Assembly (NCBI GenBank): GCA_021792255.1
Contig: JAJYUZ010000002.1
Coordinates: forward strand, 33,444-97,443
Source: Thermoplasmata archaeon
GTDB taxonomy: Archaea > Thermoplasmatota > Thermoplasmata > Thermoplasmatales > GCA-001856825
Reading direction: 5' to 3'
Length of the DNA: 64,000 nt
In this document: positions 55,279 through 64,000 of the stretch, one piece after another
How positions within the stretch are numbered: position 1 is the first letter of the stretch
Layout: the number at the start of each line of letters is the position of its first letter
Translations under genes and position numbers: made by a program
The notes under the pieces: model-generated
Seen by the model: only the letters and a program-made list of their open reading frames with translations
What the model was told of the DNA's origin: nothing
The model's database searches: none

Positions 55279-56624
55279 TTCACCTTCTTTATAAGCTCCA
55301 TGTCCATCATTTTTTCTATCATTTCCCTGTTACTAGATATGATTTCCTTGGCCCTCTCTAGATATTCTGCCTTGCTCATCCTGACTCTCGCCAAGTCTTC
55401 CTTTACTCCCTCATCGGCGATAGCTGCTGCGACTCTTGGAAACACTTCCCATTCTTCCATCGTCGGGATAATGTACTGATCGCTGAGACCATTCTCCTCC
55501 GCGAAGAGGGCAAGCTCCTTCGAAGCCCTCACTACCATCGACTCGCTAATCTTCCTGACTCTAGCGTCGAGCGCTCCTCTAAATACGCCTGGAAATACGA
55601 GACTGTTGTTGATCTGATTAGGGAAATCCGACCTTCCAGTTCCCACTATCTCTGCTCCGTATTCCTTTGCCTCGTTTGGCCAGATTTCTGGCACCGGATT
55701 TGCTAGTGCAAAGACTATGGACCTCTTCTCCATTTTCCTGATCCATTCTCCCTTGATTATTCCCGGTCCAGGCTTGGATGCAGCTATAAGAACGTCTGCT
55801 CCATCGAGTGCGTCTTGAATTTCACCTACAATCCTCCTCTTATTCGTCCTTATCCCTAGATCATATTTCCAAGGGTTGTCTCTCATCAGTACATCCATAT
55901 CTTCCCTTTCGGGATGAAGAATCCCGTGAGAATCCACTGCAACTATGTTTCCGATGCCGAACCCGGCGGCTTCGAATAACTTGATAGTCGCTATGTTCGC
56001 AGCTCCAGATCCCACAACGACAATTTTCGTATCCCTTTCCCTTCTACCGGTGACCTTGAGAGCATTGAGAAGACCCGCCAATGTTGCTCCAGCAGTACCA
56101 AGTTGATCGTCGTGCCAGACAGGTATATTCATTTCTTTTCGTAGTGTTTCTAGAAGGTAGAAGCACTTGGGTGATTCTATGTCTTCGAGATTAATTCCAC
56201 CGAATGCAGGCTCAATTGCCTTTACCGTGTTCACGATCTGATCTTTCTCGTGAACGTTGATCGGAATTGGGATGGCATCAACTCCTCCCAGATACTTGAA
56301 TATGAGTCCTTTGCCCTCCATCACCGGAAGAGAGGCCTCGGGGCCTACGTTTCCGAGTCCCAAAACTCTGGTTCCATCCGTAACTATTGCAACAGCATTC
56401 CATCTCCACGTCATGTCGAAGGATAGGTCCTTCTCCTTGGCTATCTCGAGAGAGACAGCCGCAACTCCCGGTGTGTACCACACGGAAAAGTCTTCAAGGC
56501 TTCTGACGGGGACCTTGAGCATTGTTTGAATCTTCCCTAAATAATCCTTGGAGTACTTGATGGCCAGATCGGAAAAATTCTTACCACCAGTTTCCCCCTC
56601 ATTTCTCATATAACGGTATAGCAA
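55275..56624 (-). CDS. NAD(P)-dependent malic enzyme
   Basis: 449 aa. Motifs: YTPGVA, VTDGTRVLGLGNVGP, PVMEGKG, FGGINLEDI, DDQLGTAGATLAG, VVVGSGAAN. Confidence 0.9.
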   Translation of the reverse strand: MLYRYMRNEGETGGKNFSDLAIKYSKDYLGKIQTMLKVPVRSLEDFSVWYTPGVAAVSLEIAKEKDLSFDMTWRWNAVAIVTDGTRVLGLGNVGPEASLPVMEGKGLIFKYLGGVDAIPIPINVHEKDQIVNTVKAIEPAFGGINLEDIESPKCFYLLETLRKEMNIPVWHDDQLGTAGATLAGLLNALKVTGRRERDTKIVVVGSGAANIATIKLFEAAGFGIGNIVAVDSHGILHPEREDMDVLMRDNPWKYDLGIRTNKRRIVGEIQDALDGADVLIAASKPGPGIIKGEWIRKMEKRSIVFALANPVPEIWPNEAKEYGAEIVGTGRSDFPNQINNSLVFPGVFRGALDARVRKISESMVVRASKELALFAEENGLSDQYIIPTMEEWEVFPRVAAAIADEGVKEDLARVRMSKAEYLERAKEIISSNREMIEKMMDMELIKKVK

Positions 56625-56791
56625 ACGGGATGTTAAATATTGTCAGGACCGCATATAGGACGTGATTTTAGACGAATGTAACATTTTTAGAACGCGAATG
56701 CTTAAAACTCGGACTCATTCGAAACCTACGGAACACGGAGATCAAGAAGTCCTCGTAGAAAGTATTTAGAATAAGTTCCAATTACAAACCC

Positions 56792-57313
56792 ATGACCGAT
56801 TTAAGAGATCAGGTCGTAGAAGATAGAGGAGTAATTAAAAAGATCCAACTAATATTCCCTGGGTATCATGGTTACAGGATAAATGAGGACCTTAGAGATG
56901 CGGACGTGATTTTGAAGGACGAATTGTACAAGAAAATGCTTGACGTAATATCCAATCTAAAATCCGGTGAAGGCTCGCTAGTGAGCAATGGCCAGTTCAA
57001 AGATTTAGAATCAATAGGGGCCATGAGATCGAGGATTCAGACTGCGGCCGAGGTGCTAAAGCATCACGGGACAGGTTATTCAGGTATATCCGCACCAGTC
57101 AAGGTCGATGCAAAAAAAATTTCTGCTCTATATGACCTAGATGTGAAGATATTCGAGCAGATTCAAAATCTGCAGAGCGCCATGAACTCATTCGTCCAGG
57201 CGTGTTCTTCCGGAAGTTTCGATCAAGCAAAACTTCAGGATGTAAATAATGACATCGCTGCAATAACGAACCTTAACAACAGCAGAGAAACCCTACTCTA
57301 TGGAGGTGTCTAA
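56792..57313 (+). CDS. hypothetical helical protein (first gene of SPFH/zinc-ribbon module)
   Basis: 173 aa. Codon usage resembles the neighbouring genes, and the sequence is predicted to be mostly helical. Its stop codon directly abuts the next ATG (TAAATG). No family recognised. Confidence 0.55.
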   Translation: MTDLRDQVVEDRGVIKKIQLIFPGYHGYRINEDLRDADVILKDELYKKMLDVISNLKSGEGSLVSNGQFKDLESIGAMRSRIQTAAEVLKHHGTGYSGISAPVKVDAKKISALYDLDVKIFEQIQNLQSAMNSFVQACSSGSFDQAKLQDVNNDIAAITNLNNSRETLLYGGV

Positions 57314-58474
57314 ATGCCTTTCGGAAGAAGGGGGGACATTCCAGCGAAGGGTGGAAGTGTATTCGGCTCTACCACTTTTGAGTGGGAAGACCAGTTCAAG
57401 CAAGGAAACATAATGTGGAAAGTACCAAGACTGATCAGGCTTAACGACAACGCTGTAGTCCGGGAAGACGAAACGGCGGTATTCTTCAGGGATGGTAAGG
57501 CGATCTGGTACATTGATAAACCAGGAAGATACGCCCTCACGGACCTCAACGCCCCCATCGTGGGTGGGCTCGTAAAAGTACTCACGGGCGTCCAACAGCA
57601 GGCGTACGTTTATTATCTTCAGAGAAGAATACTTGACGGAAAGTTTGGCTCTAAAGAACCGTACGCGTTCAGAGACAAGGACTTCGATATAGTTATGCTA
57701 AGGCTCTTTGGAGATATGAGGTACAGGATTTCGGATCCTTCAATATTTATCAATCAGTTTGTTGGTACGTTCAATGTCGAGACGAGCGCGGACGTCGAAA
57801 CCAGAATTAGAGATCAGGTTGTGCTTTTGATATACAACATTCTGGGTAAGATGAAGGATCAAGGGATATCGGTCTTGGACCTTCCCTCCAATCTGATGAA
57901 CATAGAGGAAGCCGTACTAGCTTCTGCCAAGGCTGCTTTTGATCAGTACGGAGTCGAGATCAACAAGATATCTGGACTGAACATCTCTCTTCCCGAAGAG
58001 GTACAGAAAGCAATAGACACGCGATCAAGCATGAAAGTCGTTGGAGCAAACTATATGCAATTCCAGGCCGGTCAGGCAATAGTAGATGCTGCAAAAAATC
58101 CGGGTGGGTTGGCCGGAGCGGGAGTGGGACTTGGAATGGGAATGGGTGCGGGAGCCGGAATGGCCTATCCCATGGCATCCAACATTTCTCAGGGAATGAA
58201 TCAACAGCAACCTCCTCCAGTTGAAAGGAAAGTCAAGAAGTGCCCCAAGTGCCAAAGCGATGCTGACGAGAATGCTAAATTTTGCCCGTCCTGCGGATTC
58301 GACTTTTCAACGGAAGGTCTCATGAAATGTCCATCCTGCGGAAAGGACATTCCCAAGACCTCGAAGTTTTGCCCAGAGTGCGGAAAGTCTATCGTAACAA
58401 AATGCCCCAAGTGTGGAACCGATGTCTCAACCGGAACCAAATTCTGTCCAAACTGTGGAGAGAAGGTGAACTGA
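57314..58474 (+). CDS. SPFH (stomatin/prohibitin/flotillin/HflKC) domain protein with C-terminal zinc ribbons (YdjI/COG4260-like)
   Basis: 386 aa. The SPFH-like body (VPRLIRLNDNAVVREDETAVFFRDG...RISDPSIFINQFVG) is followed by a Gly/Ala/Met-rich linker. The tail has three CPxC-x10-11-CPxCG units (58241-58471). Confidence 0.85.
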   Translation: MPFGRRGDIPAKGGSVFGSTTFEWEDQFKQGNIMWKVPRLIRLNDNAVVREDETAVFFRDGKAIWYIDKPGRYALTDLNAPIVGGLVKVLTGVQQQAYVYYLQRRILDGKFGSKEPYAFRDKDFDIVMLRLFGDMRYRISDPSIFINQFVGTFNVETSADVETRIRDQVVLLIYNILGKMKDQGISVLDLPSNLMNIEEAVLASAKAAFDQYGVEINKISGLNISLPEEVQKAIDTRSSMKVVGANYMQFQAGQAIVDAAKNPGGLAGAGVGLGMGMGAGAGMAYPMASNISQGMNQQQPPPVERKVKKCPKCQSDADENAKFCPSCGFDFSTEGLMKCPSCGKDIPKTSKFCPECGKSIVTKCPKCGTDVSTGTKFCPNCGEKVN

Positions 58475-58475
58475 A

Positions 58476-59411
58476 ATGTACTGTAGAAAGTGCGGTGCCC
58501 AAATCCCAGACGATTCTGAGTTCTGCCCTAAGTGCGGAACGGCTCAACAGGGAGCGGCTGGTGCACCCCCGACTCAGGGAGGAGCCAGTACTAGTACTAA
58601 GGATCAGGCTGAAATTTTGAAGGAAATGAAGTGCCCAAACTGCGGAGCACCTCTTAATCCCGCCTCTGGGGAGGCAATGGTAGTCTGCGGCTACTGTGGT
58701 ACCTCAGTTTCTCTTGGCTCCCTTGGCTGGACAAAAGTGCAGAAGCACTTCATTCTCGATGTCAAAGTTCAGATGAAAGATCAGGCAGAACTTGTTGCCA
58801 AGGCATTCCTCGACAGCAGCATATTTCACAGGCATCTCTTCGAAAAGAGCGAACTGAAAAAAATGGAACTGAACTACCTACCGTACTGGATTATGGATGC
58901 TGGATATTCCGCGGAATACAGATACAAAAGAGAACAGGTGAATCCAGGAGGATTTGTCGCTGTCGGAATGGGAGGAAGAGGGGGATTTGGAGGTCCCACG
59001 GTCAACGTTCAGACGATCGTGGAATCGGGATCGGACGTAAACGAAGTCAACTACCCCATCATAGCCTCTGAAGATCTCAACCAATACCAGCCTCCAGATT
59101 ACGTGTTCAACCTTTCCAACAAGAGACCAATCGGACAGGACGATCTAAATGGTCCAATCAAACTCATGAATGGGACCATCGGAGAAGAGAAAGCCAGACT
59201 GGATGGAAATATCAGAATCCAGCAGTGGGAGATCAGGAGACTACAGAAAAGCGTCCACGGTTTCATGTCTGCAAACGTCAAAGTCGATATCGCGGATACG
59301 TATCTCGTTCACATTCCTGTGTGGTCGCTCCAATTCCAACACAAGAAAGATTCCATATTCCTTCTAATTGACGCTCACAATTCCAGGGTCATGGAGGAAA
59401 CGAAACAATAG
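58476..59411 (+). CDS. zinc-ribbon protein (two N-terminal ribbons plus uncharacterised C-terminal domain)
   Basis: 311 aa. It begins CRKCGAQIPDDSEFCPKCG, followed by CPNCGAPL...CGYCG. The roughly 230-aa domain that follows is unassigned. The start is 1 nt after the upstream stop. Confidence 0.7.
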   Translation: MYCRKCGAQIPDDSEFCPKCGTAQQGAAGAPPTQGGASTSTKDQAEILKEMKCPNCGAPLNPASGEAMVVCGYCGTSVSLGSLGWTKVQKHFILDVKVQMKDQAELVAKAFLDSSIFHRHLFEKSELKKMELNYLPYWIMDAGYSAEYRYKREQVNPGGFVAVGMGGRGGFGGPTVNVQTIVESGSDVNEVNYPIIASEDLNQYQPPDYVFNLSNKRPIGQDDLNGPIKLMNGTIGEEKARLDGNIRIQQWEIRRLQKSVHGFMSANVKVDIADTYLVHIPVWSLQFQHKKDSIFLLIDAHNSRVMEETKQ

Positions 59412-59582
59412 AAGGATCAGATATTTTTCTATCACGTGACTCTTTGATGTTTCTCCATTCTGACTGAAGGTTGTCTCTGAAACTTCCTTGCTTGGGCCTC
59501 ATTCTCTGATGGAAATATCCTGACTGGTCTAAGAAGCAATGGATAAGCCACAATCTTTTTTTTGTATGGTAAATTGTCAATT

Positions 59583-61211
59583 ATGACAGTACGGTTTATA
59601 GTAGATTTATCTGAAGCTCACTCGGGAATTCTGAAAGTACACATGGAATTTCCTTCTTCAGGAAAAGAAGAGATAGTGATGCCTGTGTGGGCTCCCGGCT
59701 CATATCTGGTGAGAGACTTTTCTAGACACGTTTCGAACCTAACGTCAAGTGGGAAGATCCTGCAGTTGTCAAAAAATAGGTGGTCTGTAATCTCCAAGGG
59801 CCAAACTGCGATAGTTGACTATGAAGTTTACTGCGATGAATTAACGGTGGAGACTTCGTACTCTGATAAGTCCTTTGTTTTGATCAACGGAACCAGCTTA
59901 TTCTTCTACCCGGAAGGAAAAAAGGATTGTGAGTATGAAGTCAAATTCAGGAATCACGGGAAATGGAAAATAGCCACGGGACTGTACGAAAAGAAAGGCG
60001 CATACTCCGCGGAGGATTATGATCATCTCGTCGACTGTCCGTTTCTGATTGGTGAAATCCAGTTGATGGAATTCACTGTCATGAACAAGAAGCATCGCAT
60101 TGCCTGGCAGGGTCGTATGAACAGAGACAAAAGCGTGATCACAGAAGATTTCAAGAAGATAGTAGAAGCAGAGGGTAAGATGTTCGGAAAGCTTCCATAC
60201 GATAGTTACACATTCTTGATAGTGACCGTTCCCGATGAATTCTACGGGGGTCTAGAGCACAAGAACAGCACTACGATTCTCTGTCCTGACTACAAGCTAT
60301 TGGATGACTATGATTACAAAGTATTTTTGAGCACAGTTTCTCACGAATTCTTCCATACTTGGAATGTCAAGAGGATTAGGCCAAAAGAACTGGGACCATT
60401 CGACTACACCAAGGAAGTGTATACAAATCTCCTCTGGCTCAGCGAAGGATTCACTTCATACTACGAGTGGGTGATACTGTGGAGAGCTGGTATAGTCAAG
60501 GAAGACGAGTACATGGAACACATTTCAAGGATGATTGACTACTACAACCTCCAACCGGGGCACACGCTCCCAGCAGATTCCGCCTCTTTCAACACCTGGA
60601 TCAAGCTTTACAAGCCAGATGGTAACTCCTTCAACAGCTACATATCCTACTACCTGAAAGGTGAGTTGATAGCGTTCGCCTTGAACAGCAAAATTATCAA
60701 GGCAACCGGCGGGGAAAAATCTCTGGACGATGCATTTAGGGGTCTCTTCGCGAGCTTTAACAAGAATGGCAAGGGGATTGAAAAGAAGGATCTGATAGAG
60801 CAAGTGAAGAATCTGATAGGCGATGGGGCAGAGAAGATAGTTCGCAAGTTGACTGAGACTACGAACGAAATCAAGTTCGATCAGTACCTTAAGGACATGG
60901 GGTACAGGGTCAGTCACAAGTTTGCCGACAAGAAGACTGGTTCGAAGGGATTTCTGGGAATGATGGTCAGCTCAGAAGGCGGCAAGGTCATAGCAAAAAT
61001 TGTGATGAAGGGATATCCAGCTTACCAGGCCGGAGTACTTCCCGGGGATGAGTTAGTTGCAGTCAATGGTCAAAGGTTTACCGACACATTTACTAGAGTG
61101 ATTTTAAAAGAATTTTCGTCTCGAAAGGTAGACAGTATAAAGAGCGCCAGACCTGGCGACGAGATAGACCTGTTTGTGTTCAGGAAGCAAAATCTACCAA
61201 CTTCAAGATGA
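59583..61211 (+). CDS. M61 family glycyl aminopeptidase with C-terminal PDZ domain
   Basis: About 542 aa from the ATG at 59583. Contains the HEFFH zinc motif (VSHEFFHTWNVKRIRP). A PDZ-like segment (GFLGMMV...GYPAYQAGVLPGDELVAVNG) lies at the C-terminus. Confidence 0.85.
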   Translation: MTVRFIVDLSEAHSGILKVHMEFPSSGKEEIVMPVWAPGSYLVRDFSRHVSNLTSSGKILQLSKNRWSVISKGQTAIVDYEVYCDELTVETSYSDKSFVLINGTSLFFYPEGKKDCEYEVKFRNHGKWKIATGLYEKKGAYSAEDYDHLVDCPFLIGEIQLMEFTVMNKKHRIAWQGRMNRDKSVITEDFKKIVEAEGKMFGKLPYDSYTFLIVTVPDEFYGGLEHKNSTTILCPDYKLLDDYDYKVFLSTVSHEFFHTWNVKRIRPKELGPFDYTKEVYTNLLWLSEGFTSYYEWVILWRAGIVKEDEYMEHISRMIDYYNLQPGHTLPADSASFNTWIKLYKPDGNSFNSYISYYLKGELIAFALNSKIIKATGGEKSLDDAFRGLFASFNKNGKGIEKKDLIEQVKNLIGDGAEKIVRKLTETTNEIKFDQYLKDMGYRVSHKFADKKTGSKGFLGMMVSSEGGKVIAKIVMKGYPAYQAGVLPGDELVAVNGQRFTDTFTRVILKEFSSRKVDSIKSARPGDEIDLFVFRKQNLPTSR

Positions 61212-61282
61212 AAGCTACGGTAGAACCAACAAAAACTGAGGTATCCAAAGACAAGAATACGAAGGTCAAAAACAAGATGCTG

Positions 61283-61960
61283 TCAGGTTAGTGATTTCTC
61301 CTTAATCTCCAGCAGAACATCGATCAGCTCCTTCCTAGAGAGGCGTCCCGTATTAACGTTCCTGGGACTGGGATGGTACGATCCGTAAAACCAGATATTT
61401 CCAACGGCATATCCAGTCCCGTGCTTGAACTGCAGCATTGAAACATCGAAACCCTTGCTCTTAAGATATCCTTTGAATGAATCAAATGCAATTCTTCCTA
61501 GGGCAAGTACTACCCTCAAATCGTTCATCGATTCAAACTCGAATTCACGGTAATCTCTGCAGTTCTCTAGCTCTTCTTTGGAGGGCTTGTCACCTGGTGG
61601 AACGCACTTGAGAACTGGTGTCAGGTAAAGATCGTCGAGCCGGAGTCCATCGTTCTTTGACACCGAATCGGGTTTGTTTGATAGACCGACCTCGTATAGG
61701 CACGAGAATAGGAAGGAAGCACTCTTGTCACCAGTGAAAACTCTACCAGTTCTGTTCCCGCCTGTAGCAGCAGGAGCCAGTCCAAGTACCAGTAGTTTGG
61801 AACGAATGTTTCCGAATCCGGGAACGGGTTTGCTCCAGAACTCCTCTCCCACGAATCTCGACCCTCTATTGGCGACTTCGGCTCTGAACTTGACTATTCT
61901 GGGGCACCTAGAGCAGTCTATCATCGTCGAATTCATTTCTTCGATCGATTTGAATTTCAT
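61283..61960 (-). CDS. uracil-DNA glycosylase, family 4/5 (GLAPA motif, Fe-S type)
   Basis: 225 aa. N-terminal CSRCPRI cysteines, motif GLAPAATGGNRTGRVFTGD, and C-terminal HPSPRN. Confidence 0.85.
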   Translation of the reverse strand: MKFKSIEEMNSTMIDCSRCPRIVKFRAEVANRGSRFVGEEFWSKPVPGFGNIRSKLLVLGLAPAATGGNRTGRVFTGDKSASFLFSCLYEVGLSNKPDSVSKNDGLRLDDLYLTPVLKCVPPGDKPSKEELENCRDYREFEFESMNDLRVVLALGRIAFDSFKGYLKSKGFDVSMLQFKHGTGYAVGNIWFYGSYHPSPRNVNTGRLSRKELIDVLLEIKEKSLT

Positions 61961-62706
61961 AATACCTTCCTGAACATCTCTTTGCGGTTCTTCAGAAGAT
62001 CTGATAAGAGTTTTTTCATCTGTGCTGGAGAATCCAGTCTGAATCTAGCAGTACTCTTTCCATCTCCTATCTTAATCGTCACGTGACGACTCAACTCTCT
62101 AAAAGCCTCCTCGTCTGTCCTATCATCACCGGCAAAGAGTATGGAATCCCTATCACTCACATGACTTAAGATTGCCTTCCCTTTGTCCATTCCCTCTATT
62201 CTTAGCTCATACACATATTTGCCAGTATACATCTCAAAACCATCTTCCCTAATCTTGGAAATAACCCCTTCAAGTCCTTTTACGAGTATCCTGTCCACGT
62301 TATAGTAGTGAAACTGAAGTCCGCCTTTCTTGTCTATTACTCTCAACCCGGGAAACTCTCTTTCGAGATGAGAATACTTTGATGCAAGCTGTGCAGTCTT
62401 CTTCTCACAGGTCTCAAAATTTTCTACAAACCATTTTTGGCCGTTTTCGCCTATGAACTGAGAACCGTGCATCGCTATTATGTTAAACCCTCTTCCAACA
62501 AACGAAATTATGCCATCAAGATCTCTCCCGGTAACTAAGAAAAGAGGGATTTCGGCCTTCAAATCGTTAAGAAGATCCAACAATTTTTGATCAGGTTTGG
62601 CATTCTCTGGCTGGGAAGTAAGGTCTACGAGAGTACCATCATAATCGAGAAACACTTTGGTGAGCCCCATTCTTTCCTTTACTGCATTCTCTATTTCATC
62701 AAACAT
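61957..62706 (-). CDS. otsB: trehalose-6-phosphate phosphatase (HAD superfamily)
   Basis: 249 aa with HAD motif I FLDYDGTL and motif IV GDDRTDE, plus the family-typical cap region. Overlaps the UDG gene by 4 nt. Confidence 0.75.
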   Translation of the reverse strand: MFDEIENAVKERMGLTKVFLDYDGTLVDLTSQPENAKPDQKLLDLLNDLKAEIPLFLVTGRDLDGIISFVGRGFNIIAMHGSQFIGENGQKWFVENFETCEKKTAQLASKYSHLEREFPGLRVIDKKGGLQFHYYNVDRILVKGLEGVISKIREDGFEMYTGKYVYELRIEGMDKGKAILSHVSDRDSILFAGDDRTDEEAFRELSRHVTIKIGDGKSTARFRLDSPAQMKKLLSDLLKNRKEMFRKVL

Positions 62707-62819
62707 AAGAGCGTCCCTACAGTGCGTTTCAAATGGCAGATTGCTGAAGAACTAATCTAATTTTCTCTCATATTCGAGATGACCCGTCAAAAATTCGGAA
62801 ATGCAGATCGGCTCTGGTC

Positions 62820-64000
62820 TCACTCTTGTTTCTGAAAACTGTCGAAGGTCGTCTGCCCGTTCTTCTTGCCATCCCTAAGAATGTTCTTCATCTTTTTCTC
62901 TTTCCTTCCGGCAGAATAGTAATAAGAAAAGTCTCTGGTATTTTCCATAGTTAGAACGTACACTTTTCCCTTGCCGAATCTTCCAGTCCTCCCTCTCCTC
63001 TGTATTGATCTCACTTCGCTCGCAACGGGTTCGTAGAAAATCACAGTGTCCGCAGAAGGTACATCAAGCCCCTCCTCACCCACCTGGGTTGCGACTAGAA
63101 CCTTAACCTGTCCCTCCCTGAACTGCTGTAATATAGAGACCTGCTCCTTCTGGTTCATACCTTTGCTATCTTTTCTCGAACTCTGTCCGATAAATTTCTC
63201 GCACGAGAATCCCTCCTTTTTTAGAGTATCAGAGAGTATGTTCGCGGTGATTCTGTAATGGCAGAACACTATGGCTTTTTCGTAGTTTCTGTCTCTCAGT
63301 ATCTCGATTATCTTTGAAATCTTCGGTGTCTGAACTTCGAGAGGTTGAAGCGATAGCTTTTCTGCCTTCTTCTCTATCAGTAACATCCTGCTATCGCTGA
63401 CGATTTTTTTTGCTTTGCTCTTTTCATTCTTCATATCTTGCAGGTAGGCATAAAAGGGAAGCACTCCCTGTGTTTCGGCAAACTCTAGGAGATAATCTAT
63501 GATAATAGCATACGTTCTGAATCTGACTGCAGAGTAGAAGTACTTGTTGCCCCTCTTTATCTGACTAAAAATAAAATCCCCCAGGTTTATGAGCTCCTTC
63601 CTAGAATGTCCCTGAATCCGCAGAGAAAATGATTCCAGCTTTTTTATCATCTCATCAAGCATTTCCTTGAGAATTTCTATTATTTCAACGACTCCAGGTG
63701 GAGTCGGAATTTTCACCTGCTCTACGTCAATACCTTTTATGTATGATATGACGTCTGGTGAATTTTCGTCCCTGATTTCAAGCTCGACTATTCTGAGATT
63801 CTTGATTATCTGATCTATTTTGGCACGATCTCCACCGGGGGAAGCCGTAGTGGCAATTATTCTGGAATCCGCGAAGACGTTCGCAACTTCTACATACGAG
63901 TAATTTCCAATGGCCCTATGAGCTTCGTCGAAGATTACCACTCTCACCTCATTCTTGATGTCATAAAAGAGTGAAGAGTCGTTGTTTATGACCTGGGGGG
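62820..64000 (-). CDS. hef: Hef/ERCC4-type SF2 helicase, C-terminal part (5' end outside the window)
   Basis: The reading frame stays open to nt 64000 (..PQVINNDSSLFYDIKNEVRVVIFDEAHRA). Motifs: DEAH box FDEAH, TASPG, an inserted helical domain, and motif VI QRRGRTGR. The ORF stops about 50 aa after motif VI. Confidence 0.85.
   Translation of the reverse strand, partial: PQVINNDSSLFYDIKNEVRVVIFDEAHRAIGNYSYVEVANVFADSRIIATTASPGGDRAKIDQIIKNLRIVELEIRDENSPDVISYIKGIDVEQVKIPTPPGVVEIIEILKEMLDEMIKKLESFSLRIQGHSRKELINLGDFIFSQIKRGNKYFYSAVRFRTYAIIIDYLLEFAETQGVLPFYAYLQDMKNEKSKAKKIVSDSRMLLIEKKAEKLSLQPLEVQTPKISKIIEILRDRNYEKAIVFCHYRITANILSDTLKKEGFSCEKFIGQSSRKDSKGMNQKEQVSILQQFREGQVKVLVATQVGEEGLDVPSADTVIFYEPVASEVRSIQRRGRTGRFGKGKVYVLTMENTRDFSYYYSAGRKEKKMKNILRDGKKNGQTTFDSFQKQE

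Noticed and set aside
59444-59525. UGAUGU ... CUGA ... CUGAUGG ... CUGA series between the zinc-ribbon gene and the M61 peptidase gene
   Set aside because: The boxes are degenerate and the spacing is wrong (about 45 nt between the putative D' and C'). There is no terminal stem. This is likely chance.
1-64000. Scan for CRISPR arrays, transposases/IS elements, prophage genes, inteins and reverse transcriptases
   Set aside because: None were seen. There are no regularly spaced direct repeats, no DDE/integrase/RT motifs in any ORF, and protein lengths do not suggest intein insertions.

Overview
The window is a gene-dense (about 90% coding) archaeal chromosomal segment, probably from a Thermoplasmata-like euryarchaeon. 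That placement is an inference from gene content: MptA, RibL, archaeal phosphopantothenate synthetase, long-form S15, geranylgeranyl reductase, a Hef helicase, split transketolase, a C/D box sRNA, N-terminally anchored glycosylated solute-binding proteins and a GH15 enzyme. I call about 60 CDS, one tRNA-Arg(CCU), one textbook C/D box sRNA that no ORF track would show, two oligo-T terminators and one operator-like palindrome.

Core metabolism includes carAB, malate dehydrogenase, malic enzyme, a transketolase/transaldolase operon, and CoA/FAD cofactor genes. There is also a DsrE-TusA-SQR sulfur cluster, a PadR-ABC export operon, an hsp20-regulator operon, two cation/proton antiporters, a complete Opp/Dpp-type peptide transporter, and DNA repair genes (Lhr, UDG, Hef, RecJ-like).

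I saw no CRISPR array, transposase, integrase or obvious prophage. Many genes overlap by 1-14 nt (ATGA type), and several need GTG or TTG starts, so start coordinates are approximate.

The most unusual candidates are:
- A tightly coupled three-gene module (56792-59411) encoding a helical protein, an SPFH protein with a triple double-zinc-ribbon tail, and a multi-zinc-ribbon protein.
- A wHTH/NB-ARC(STAND)/TPR protein set among secreted and surface proteins (18703-24662).
- Opp ATPases with large insertions, one of which splits the C-terminal Cys motif.
- A DHH-motif protein translationally coupled to the pentose-phosphate operon.
- A zinc-ribbon/coiled-coil/PD-ExK protein (DUF2130-like).

All functional calls come from reading motifs in the translations by eye. 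No database search was run.
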